A DNA stretch of 64,000 nt from NCBI GenBank assembly GCA_010093605.1, contig MU004184.1:126179-190178 (forward strand), given 5' to 3'. Positions 48,900-58,735 of the stretch are shown piece by piece (positions within the stretch are counted from its first letter, which is position 1; each line of letters starts with the position of its first letter). The position numbers were made by a program, and so were the translations under genes. Below the pieces are notes generated by a model. That model saw only the letters and a program-made list of their open reading frames with translations, did no database searches and was not told the DNA's origin. This DNA comes from Lophium mytilinum (Eukaryota).

Positions 48900-50700
48900 A
48901 ATTTGCTAGAAGCCTTGGCCGGCCCAGTCCCCATGAGTCTTTTCGTAACATATACACCATATTGTGAGTGGTGATTGAGGACTGGACCGGCCGTGGCCAT
49001 GACGTCCACACCCGGGTCCATGACCATGACCGGCCTGGTCCCACTTGCGGAGCACGGTTACCCGTGATCGTCGCTGTTGGAGAAGATGGTTAGCAAGGTG
49101 AGGTTGAAAGAGGATAAGAAGTGGAAGAAACTCACTAGCAGACTAGACCGGCCATGGCCATGACATCCACACCCGTCTTCCGCCGTGACCGACCAGGTCC
49201 ACCGCACCGGCACATAACATATACACCGTGCTCGGTACTATTAGAGCGTCAGCAAGGTGAAGTCGGATGAGAAGAAGAAGGGTTGGAATAGGACTCACCG
49301 GTGATCCGGGTCGGTCACGGCCATCCCAAGCCACTCTCTCATCAAGCGCCCTAATCGATCCGGCCCACCGCACCAGAACATAACATATACGCCGTGCTCT
49401 GGGCTGCCAAAGGGTCAGTAAGGCGAAGTGCATAGACCAGAAGGAGGAAGAAGACTCACCGGTGGGACCGGATCGACCCGGGAACCACAAAACCACTCCA
49501 TCATCCATCGAAATGTGACCGGCCTGGCCCACACGGACATAACATATACACCGTGCTTGTCTGGTGAAGTGTCAGCAGGTGAAGTGGAAGAAGGATAGGT
49601 TGGAAGAAAGAAAACTCACCAGGGTGGACCAGGCCGGCCACGTCCCAAGAAGCTCCATCACCCGAAGGCATGGCCGACCTGGCTCCATCGCCGGGAAGGA
49701 GTCCAGGCCGACCAAGCCGCTGAAAAAAAACGCACCATTGCCCGCAGGCATGACCAGCCTGGCTCCCTCGCGGGGAAGAAGCCCAGACTGGCCATGCTGA
49801 GGGACTTGTCGACGAGTCGCCTTGACTGGAGTCAGCCGTGGTGGCGGCGGCGGACATTGCGGGGTGGAGGAGGGTAGGTCGTCTCGGGTTGAGGTGAAGA
49901 CGCCCGCGTTCCATGGGAAGCTGACTGGTCCAACGCGTGGTTGGTTCATGCCTTGTTCGGTAACCGGGGTGGGAGGTTGGGAATTGCCGGTCTGCGAGGC
50001 CCCGCTGCGTGAGACCTTTCGGTGCGGTTGAATGTCATTTAGCCACGAGGAGGACTGGCGGCGCGCAGCCTGCGTGTCCCGGTTGCCATCGACGCGTGGA
50101 ATGGATTGCGGTGAGGCACGCTGGAGGGTGGTCGGGGACGAACGCTGAGGAGGACGGCGAGCCTGCTGCTTGTCGAAAATACCCGCAAGCATGACCAGCC
50201 CGGCTCCCTCGTGAGGAAGAAGCCCAGGCTGGCCATGCTGATGCAGGCGGATCGACATGTCGCCTTGACTGGAGGCAACCTTGGTGGCGGAGAACCGGCG
50301 GCGAAGGACCGGTACCGGGTAGCCTGGTCGAGTATGGGAGGATGAGTGGGCGTGTGATCTTCCACCTTGACAGCATACTCGGACAGACGAGGGTCGAGCG
50401 GGTTCAGCGAAGAGGGTGGCCGAGCAGGACCGGGATTTCTAGCATCTGAGCCCACGGCGTAGAGTTCGATGAGGCTCGGAGGAGGTCAAGGCCACTGGGG
50501 TGGGTCGGGGCCGGTTTTGGCCTCGCTGTCGTCGGCTGTGGTCAACTGGGGAGTGTTAGTGAGAGCGACCAGAGGCGGGTGAAGTGAAGAGGTGATGAGA
50601 CAGACGGAAGGAGGACTCACTTGACCAAATGAGGATGAGGAGGATGGATGAGGAAGAGTCGTGATGGAGGAAGATTGAAGTGGGTGATTGATGGAGGAGA
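48900..50700 (-). other. Multi-intron transcription unit (gene, pseudogene or lncRNA) with tandemly duplicated exon+intron modules
   Basis: Introns GTGAGT..(G/A)CTRAC..YAG at 49619-49561, 49459-49404, 49298-49238 and 49135-49074, plus one at about 50620-50545. The exons share AGCACGG(T/C)GTATATGTTATGT. Confidence 0.7.
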
Positions 50701-52379
50701 CGGTTGGTGGAGAAAGGTTGGTGGAAGACGGATGGTTTGAAGTGGGCGACGGCAAGAATATATACCTGGGCGGGGCCACCACACTCCGACGCCGGCCCCC
50801 AATCTTGCAGCCTGATATCGCGTCATCGGGGCAGGCGGAAGGCTGTGTCGGGTGAAGGTACGCCCAACGAAACGCCGGTGATGGAGGCGGGGCCAGTTAC
50901 AGGTGCCAGTGACTGAGCATTGAGCACTGTTGGGGGGAAAGTGCAGCGGATAGCTCTCCACATCGGGCTCGTGCTACCTTGAGGGCACCTCCCACCGGCC
51001 GATGCCAGGTGTCAGTGGCGGAGGTTAACAAAGTTCGGTGATTGCGAGTGGAGGTCTGCCGTCCGAGGATGCCATTGAGCGGAGGGGGCTGATTTGAGCG
51101 GCACTACAGAAGGCAGCGGCTAATTTGCCTCGTGTGGAGCTAGTGTGAGACTGCAGTGCAAGAATTGAAGTGCCATGTCATCCCCGTGGAGTCCAGCAAG
51201 ATGCAACTGCTGGCGAGCGGCGTCGCGGTGGGCGGTCGCCAGTGAGCAACAAGACAAGGTCCAATGGTAAGAATCACGCCATCGCCCTGGCGAGGACTCT
51301 TTGAGTGTCCTGAACCTTCCGCTGCCTGGTTATGTTGGTGCTGGTGGTCTTATCGGGGTGACGTTGAGCTCCTGCCGCCGCTTGCGGCGTGGCCAAACAG
51401 CTCACTTGACCTGTGCGTCACGCCGAAGATATGAAACCGATATCGCCCCACAACGGACACGGCAAAGACGGCATTGTACCCTTCTGACAGAGCTTGGACG
51501 TTGCACAGTGATGCATGACTTCACTGCCGCTCTGCCTGGTGATGAGGGGTATTGTCATGGGGTGGAAGTCGGCGAGTCGGCCTAAAGGGGCTTCGCAGGC
51601 GTCTCCACCGGCTGGGTAATACCAGCGCCGGTCTGATTGATGTGAAGAGGTGAGATTGAACGGTATCGAGGGCGAACATGTATAGCTGGTGGTTGCTCAA
51701 GTGATGGATGGTCAAGGATTTCGAGGCTTGAGGCGTAAGCGCCATGCTTTAGTTCCACAGATTCGCAGCGTGAGGAGTCTGGCTCGTGTCTTTTCGATGG
51801 ACAGGTCTCTTCTAGCATTCTTGATTTATCGAAGAAGAAGTGAGGGTCTTGTGTTCATGGTGAGGAAGACCGAGTTGTTCCCGTGAGGATGGTTCTTACC
51901 TCGACCAACAGCAGATGTAAATTGTACATTGTACGCTATATACACTGTGTTGCAAAGCTCAAAACTAGAGACATTCGACAGCTTGAACTTCACAGGAATG
52001 TCAAATTCAAGTTGTGTGCACTGTGATGAACAGGCTTATCTTTGGCTGTGATCCACCACTCGGGAAGGCCAGCTCCGCGAACATTCGTGAAATCACTTGC
52101 ATCCGCATACACGCAATCAGAAAGACGCCCTTGAGAACACAAGACTCTTTTCCCAAGTCCATACACCGCTCGCTATGCTGATCCGCTAGTAGCTACAACC
52201 AAAGAGCACCCATGACTTGGCAAGACTCGTGCAGTTCGGATCGATGCACTTAGTCTCGCCCTCAACAATGCTCCACCGGCTGCTCAAACGGAATGCACAA
52301 GGTCTTGACACCCATCGTCATGGTCTTCGAGTCAACGGCTGTGTTGTCGCCTGCTTCTTTGCCAGCACTCGCGTCTTTG

Positions 52380-52860
52380 CTTTGCCTCCCTTGGTGACCC
52401 AGGCGACCTCAGCAGCGAAGCCTTCGATGTGTTCCTTCTCCCGCTCCAAGTTATCGGCACTAATGAAGATGGGGAAATAGCAGTTCTTGACTTTCACGGT
52501 GCTAATCTTCTTGTCAAAGAAGTCCTTGATAGACTCCCAGATGGCGTAGCTTCCGGGTTCGAGGATATAACAGCCAGCAACATCATCATAGGAAGTCGTT
52601 CCACCATTGGTGATGACTTGCTGGTACCATTCTCCAAGCTGCTGATGTGAATTAGTAAAGTGAATGTGCATTTCGCATGCCGGAGGATACTTACGTCGAC
52701 TTCCTTGTTCACGTCAATGCCAATGAGCGCGGCGCCCTGTGTCCCAGTCAGCATATGTTCATAGTATGATGGTTTAGGTAACCCACCTCAGTCTTCTTCT
52801 TCTGCTGCTGGGGTTTCTTCTCTTTCGGCGGCTTGGGCTCTTTCTTAGGCTTCGGCCCGC
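52380..52860 (-). pseudogene. Truncated N-terminal/catalytic fragment of cytosolic prolyl-tRNA synthetase, retaining two introns
   Basis: KPKPPKEKKPQQQKKK | GAALIGIDVNKEVD | GEWYQQVIT..YDDVAGCYILEPGSYAIWESIKDFFDKKI..VKNCYFPIFISADNLEREKEHIEGFAAEVAWVTKGGK. Introns at 52786-52737 and 52694-~52640. Similarity stops after GGK. Confidence 0.9.
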
Positions 52861-52872
52861 GCTTCTGAACCT

Positions 52873-53180
52873 ACACTTGTCCCCATGGCAATGCGGGGAA
52901 AGCATGACGTTCATGCCAGAAGGCATTCGTCCCACCCGCTCCAGGGCTGATCCCGACATGGTGGGCACGGTACTCGGAGCCAGCTTTCTTGACCATGCCT
53001 GGTCCTTGCGGGCGCTCATGTCTTTGATCTCGTCTTCGCACTTGTTTCCGTGGCAGTGCGGGGAAAGCACAACGTTTCCGCCAGAAGGCAGTCGTCCCAC
53101 CCGCTCCAGGGCCGATCCCGACTTGGTGGGCACGGTACTCGGAGCCAGCCTTCTTGAACATGTCAGACTGGATGGTCTCG
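52873..53180 (-). pseudogene. Tandemly duplicated, frameshifted C-terminal fragment of prolyl-tRNA synthetase
   Basis: ETIQSDMFKKAGSEYRAHQV and, in another frame, NVVLSPHCHGNKCEDEIKDMSARKDQ. A ~125-bp direct repeat lies at 52873 and 53039. Confidence 0.7.
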
Positions 53181-55460
53181 GAGAGAAAATGAGGTTCGAG
53201 GACGTCTTGCTGGAGGAGCATGGCGTTGGTTCAATGGCGGATCCGAAGCAGGATTGTTCGAAGGCAGATTTCTTCGCTTGCAGAGGCTTTTGAGAGAGAG
53301 GACGTTCGTTTGGGAGAGCGGTGGCAGGAGTAGGCGGCGAGCTCAGCGGCGAGCTTTGGGCGGACAACGGCGGACTACGTGCTGTCAGCATCGGGTTTAA
53401 TGGTACCCCACCCCTTCTGTCCGTCGACCTACGCTTTCTGTGCACGAGAGATCGCTGTTGATGAGGCTGAAGTCGAAGGAGATGGCATGATGACGTGGCC
53501 TGAGACGAGCTGCCTCTTTCTGTGAGGCATGCTGATAGAGCGGGAGACGGTGGGCAGAAAACTCGAAAAATGAACGGCGAAGCAAGGTGCAGACAGAGCT
53601 AGATGCAACACATCGCTCGACCGAGGGCTGGTTGGTGGTCCATGAGGATGCTGAGTATTACGTGGGTGAGGCGGGTCGGGATGATGACATATTTCGCTTC
53701 GGGTCACATGACATGCGCACGTGATTTGTTACTTCTATCATCATTATCACAACGCAATACTAGGAAGGGGATCTCATTGAAGAGTGATACTGGCTCATGC
53801 AATTGAGTCCTTACAACTTCTGTGCGGTTTGGATCATGTCTCGCTCTTCGAGACCGCTCTGCGGCGTGGATAACAAACTCCAGCATTGAGCCCTCCAGAA
53901 CCGGTCCGGTCAGGCGGTCTCAATAGAGGAGTACTTTGCGATTGGCAAGCTTGTTGCGATAGGTATAGGAATGGGGATAGTAGTCGATAGGCAATACTGC
54001 GTGACACTGTAGGGGCGACTACTGCTGGTTAGGTGCGACGCCGCAGGTAAGATACTGGTCACATTGAGGGCGGCAAGAGGTTGTTCACGGCAAAGATTGC
54101 ACAAAATAGGTGAGGACAGTTCTCTTGCGCAATCAGACTCTTGCCTCTCGCAAGCAATTCAACTACACTAACGCATATCCGTCTGTCCTCGGCCTGGACT
54201 CCTGCATTAACGAGGTCGCCTTCGCTTCCCGATCATTGCTCATGATGAGGTCCTCGTCGTCACACTTGCTCTCCACGAGGAGTGTCTCTGTGTTCTCCCT
54301 GGCGCATTGCTCTTGATCCACCACCGTCGGGCCTTGGCCAAGTTGGTCGCGTCCAGTATAGCAATCAGCCCCCGTCCTCAGAGAACCACTTGCACATGAC
54401 GGTGACCGCATCCTCTGCTGCGGCGCGACGAAACCGCGTCCTCCGGGGTTTGTGTTGTCGAAAAACTCTGCGGAGGGGTTTGGGGTGGCGGTACGGTGGT
54501 ACTGGCCGACATTGAAGGTCTCAGCGGTGATGAACAGCCAGTGGAGGTATCTGACGACTGCCCCAGAGAGCAAGGTTAGCGTTAGGTACGTGACATGAAT
54601 CTGTAGCACCCAAGAAGAAGAGGTTTACCTTTCTGCGCAATCAGACTCTTGCCTCTCGCGGGCAAGCCAACCAAACAGCGCGGACACGCGTTTTCTCGAC
54701 CTGCGCTCAGGCAGTGAAAGAGGCGCTGTCCCGGGGTGAAGTGCAGGCCCTCCGGTAGTGAAAGACAACTTGTCTAGCAGTGAAAAGTCTGGCGTGCAAC
54801 AGTGAGAGACGAAGTGTCCTCCTTGTTCATCAGGGCCCCCATGGCCGAAGCGCCTGCCACTGCCTTTGTCCCCGCCGGAGAGAGCGGGAACAGTGATGCC
54901 TTCTTCTTGAGGCGCCCGTCAGCCATGATCCTTCCGTTGATTCCTGGCGTTTGAGCAGTGGCTGGTTCCTAGCTAGGGCTTTTGGGCACGGCAGCGCTCA
55001 ATCTTAGCGTCTGCAGGTTGTTAGCACGATTGTTAAGGACAGGAAGGCGGTGGGAAGAGGCGTCTCTGAGGGCGTACCGAGCTGAGCCTTGCCCATCTGC
55101 GCTAGAGCATATGGGTGCGACATCTGCGAAGGCGAAGGAGCTGCACTGTCGCCAGCTAGGCAGCCTGGCGGTGGCGCTGTTGGAGATGCGCTGTCACTGG
55201 ATGCTGAATGTTGGTGCAAAGACTGAGGTGTGGTGGTGTGTAAGAAGGACGGAGGCGCTGACCAGCAAAGGCGGGGATGAAGCTCCAGGGCGGCGAAGGT
55301 CGATTTTGCAACACCACTCGACGCTCCTAATACCACTTGCAAACCAAAATAATAGTGAGTATAAGATTTCTCTCATTGACAAGAAGAGTAGACCAGTTAG
55401 TAGATAGCGCTGTAGCGATAAAAAAAAGGGGAAAGTAAAAAGAAAACCCACCCCAAGCGA

Positions 55461-55470
55461 GGCTCGAACC
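55461..55470 (-). promoter_or_regulatory. Downstream Pol III B box of U6 copy 2
   Basis: Reverse complement reads GGTTCGAGCC, identical to copy 1. Confidence 0.85.
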
Positions 55471-55491
55471 TCATCCAGCCAAACAAAACAC

Positions 55492-55644
55492 AAAAAAATT
55501 TTTTAAGCTACTCTTTGATAAAGCGTGTCATCCTTAGTGCAGGGGCCATGCTAATCTGACAGATATTAGTTTTGAAGCTGAGTGTTAGGGGGGATAGTGC
55601 ACACCTTCTCTGTGTTGTTTCAAATTGACCAAATGCCCGAAGGC
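55492..55644 (-). ncRNA. U6: U6 spliceosomal snRNA with a 49-nt spliceosomal intron (55604-55556)
   Basis: Reverse complement: GCCTTCGGGCATTTGGTCAATTTGAAACAACACAGAGAAG|gtgtgc...actaatatctgtcag|ATTAGCATGGCCCCTGCACTAAGGATGACACGCTTTATCAAAGAGTAGCTT, then A6 and T7. The spliced product matches copy 1. Confidence 0.96.
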
Positions 55645-55664
55645 GGAGGGTCTTATTTTGTAGT

Positions 55665-55673
55665 AAATATATA
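55665..55673 (-). promoter_or_regulatory. TATA box of U6 copy 2
   Basis: TATATATTT 29 bp upstream of the start. Confidence 0.85.
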
Positions 55674-56407
55674 CTGTTAGAAAGAGCCCGTTTGCTTCCG
55701 CCGCTTGTTTACTGCCTACGTCATAGGCAGCGCAGTTATCACATGTGACTCTACCTCACTAGATCACGTCTGATAGAATTGCACGTCTCGCGCTGCTGGC
55801 GCAAATACAATAACAGTAGCTGGTGCGTCATGTGACATTCCGTCGCTGGCGAACAACGGCGGTGCCTTACATTGGCAATACTGCAACTGGGTAAGGCATT
55901 CTGAGCCGCACTACAAGAATATGTTCCCACTTGTAGTATTTTACTTCCTGAGGAGCATGCTGAAGTTTAAAAAGATACACGTGTTTATAAATCTCTATTT
56001 CCTCGCCCTTCTATATCTACTTAATGAGAGTAGGCACTGCCTGCTAGTCGGGCTCGCTCTCCAGACTCGTGAGCCCATCGCCCAAGTCAACATCGTCTAC
56101 GGATTCCTGAGCTCTCTTGTGGACCCCCTTGCTGCGCTCACCTCTTCCGTTCCACCCATGATGCCGATCTCCACCTCGTTCTTCATGATGCTGGTGTCCA
56201 TCTTGTAACCCAGCATACCGATCTCCACATCTAGCCACTCACTTCATCGGTCCCCGTGCGCTTGAGGTATTCGACAGTGGTTTTGATCCCCCAGTCATCC
56301 GTCTTCACTGAGATCGATCATGTGACTGCTGGTACTTGGTCCATCGAGCAAGCCGGTAACGGTGCTGATGTTTCATTTCACGGCGACAAGGTGAGTCTGA
56401 CCATATA

Positions 56408-56590
56408 GCTGCTGAGGGACCATCCGCCATGACGTCTTGAAGTAAGCCTCATCAGCGACGACAACGGTGTTCATCCGACGTCTTGCGCTGGAAAACGGCA
56501 GCGGTTTTGATATTCCAGTCTACGGCTCGAGCTTGAGGTCGATTATGTGGCTGCTGAGGACCCATCCGCCACGACGTCTTGAAGTAAGCA
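56408..56590. repeat. 40-bp direct repeat, 142 bp apart
   Basis: GCTGCTGAGG..CCATCCGCCA.GACGTCTTGAAGTAAGC at 56408 and 56550. Confidence 0.8.
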
Positions 56591-58514
56591 TACTCTGCTG
56601 TTCGCGTTGTCGATTGGCCCGGCAGGCTCGTCTGTTGTTGAGGACCTCGTGGCGTGGCCTTGTGCATGCCGAAGCGGACGCGCTGGCTGAGGATGCAAGA
56701 TTGAAAGAAAGACCGACGGCAACTGAAGAAGACGAAAATTCACTCTCGGAAATCAAGTGAAGAGGTAACGGCAGTGAACGCAAGCCGAAGCAGCTCTCCG
56801 TTTCATCTCTCAAGGGGTATAGAGTCCGCGGTCTGTCGTCTCCCAATCACGAACCGGGAACGCGATGTCGTCCACCAGTGTCGTCCAAGCTTGTATACCT
56901 GCCCGACAGCGTCCATGCGGTGATATAGCTGCTCGTCATTGGGGTTTGTGGTGTCGGAGAACTCGGCCGGGGAGCGGGGGGGCGGGGGGGTTGGATTAGT
57001 AGTGGAGCAGTCGTTCGGTCGGGTTACGGCATCGAAGGAGTCGACGGAAGGCAGGGCGTGGAGTGGCAATGGCGGGTTCGTTCATCTTCTGGTTTTGTAG
57101 TGGCAAGAAACTCGTTGGAGGGAGGTAGGCTGGCAGCGGAGCAGTCGCACGTCTTCCGGACTTGAGGTATCGAGGAATCGGCGGAGGGGTTTGGGGTGGT
57201 GGGGCGGCGGCACCAGCCTTCGTTAAAGGTCTTATCCGTGATGGATAGCCAGTGGAGGTATCCGTCAACCGTTCTCAGGCGATGCCCGCTGGTGTCTGTC
57301 GTCGCCTCCAAAGATCACAGGTCCAAGGACGGTCGAGCCACAGGTAGAGATCCCGTTCTTGACCCAGCTGCTTGGAACACCGCGTCTACTGCCACGAAGA
57401 CCCCTCCGGAAACAGCTAGCTTGAAGGCGTCCAGAAGCTCGGGGAAAAGACAGACATGTGCAGGATGGAAGGTCTGCTTCTTGGCCTTCGAGATCTTTGG
57501 GCCGTCGATTCTGCCCAACTCTTTCCCATTGCCCGCCCGATTCTTCTCCGCAGTGTCGCACGTTATCCTCAACTCGTCCCACCAATACGTGTGATGCTTG
57601 TTTTTGACGGCAGCTAATATATTTTCGATGGATGAGGCTGGCTTCCGAACCCTGAGCGGGATGTTCTTGCTCTGGCGGTGTCAAGGTGGCTGCTCCGTAG
57701 ATGAAGGCTGGAGACGAAGTAAGCCGGGGCGCCATCAAGCTGCCGAAGTATGGCTTGTTTCTGTTCCGATGCCAACACGATCTTCTCATCCTCGGAGTTG
57801 GGAGACTCGTGCGCAGGGTAGGTAGTACTCGGCGCCTAGGTCCAAGGACAAGTTTCAGCGACTCTGCGACAAGTTGGGGACGGGGCGGAGCTCATACCGA
57901 CGGAGTAGTGGTACTGAGAACGGTTCGCCGAAGTAGTGATGCAGACGATGCAGCCCAGGCTCATGAGTATGATGTAGATGTCGTAGTTGGCGTGTTTACT
58001 TGGCCGGAAGCATCGCCAGTCGAGGTTGCTGTGGTATCTATGGCAGCGCGGAGACCAAGAAATGCCTTCCGGTCCCATTGTCTGCTTGTTACTGGCGCCC
58101 TGACTTTATTGTTTTGGACAAGACCTTTTCGAGCTTGAGCGTAGCTCCTCGAGTAAAATGAAGGTGAAAGGAAGGTGAAAGGCAGTTGAAACAGGGGGCA
58201 GAAGTCGTTGGTATGCTGGGGTCCAGCGCGGCTGCAAAGGGGTGGAACTTTTGGTGGAGAAGGCCACGACCGACCGTGACCCCGCGGCATCACTTCCGCT
58301 TCACATGGTGCCCGACGGCTAGAAGAGGGACAACATTCATTGCAAGTTAGACTAAACAGAGCACGATAACTCGATCAACACTTCTCATCACGCTCTAAGA
58401 TGCAAAGTGAAATGACGGAAGGACAAAGCAAGGTTGAATTTGGTATTTCGACGAGGCACTCTCGTCCGCGAGAAGCAGCCCGGCACTCCCATCCATCCGG
58501 AGAAGCCCGGCCCA

Positions 58515-58735
58515 CCCATGATTACCATCGCAAATGACCAGACGCAGGAACCATCCACCTGGAACAGGACGGCAGCCCATGATTACCATCGCAATTGGCC
58601 AGACCACACCCCGTGATTACCATCGCAAATGACCGGAGGCCGCACCCATGATTACCATCGCAAATGGCCAGCAGGAACACCCATGATTACCATCGCAAGT
58701 GACCAGCAAGACATGGGAGAAGCGCACGAAGCCGA
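58515..58735. repeat. Short array, 5 copies of CCCATGATTACCATCGCAA(A)TG(A/G)CC with variable linkers; sixth copy at ~59309
   Basis: Copies at ~58516, 58576, 58610, 58645 and 58680 (35-bp period after the first). Confidence 0.9.

Noticed and set aside
55578..55604. Alternative short intron using the internal CCTAAC..CAG inside the U6 intron
   Set aside because: It would be only 27 nt and would leave 22 nt in the U6 catalytic core. Only the distal CAG restores U6.
7055..55673. A single large inverted duplication explaining both the 7 kb/50 kb paralogy and the two U6 genes
   Set aside because: Order is inconsistent: in one inversion the 7-kb block should map beyond 55.6 kb, not to 50 kb. The U6 flanks are also unrelated outside the promoter elements.
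56130..56215. Possible proteasome alpha-subunit fragment (MKNEVEIGIMGG, minus strand)
   Set aside because: Too short to support by eye; needs TBLASTN.
58515..58735. CRISPR interpretation of the short array
   Set aside because: Linkers are only about 10 bp, there are no cas genes, and the sequence is fungal.
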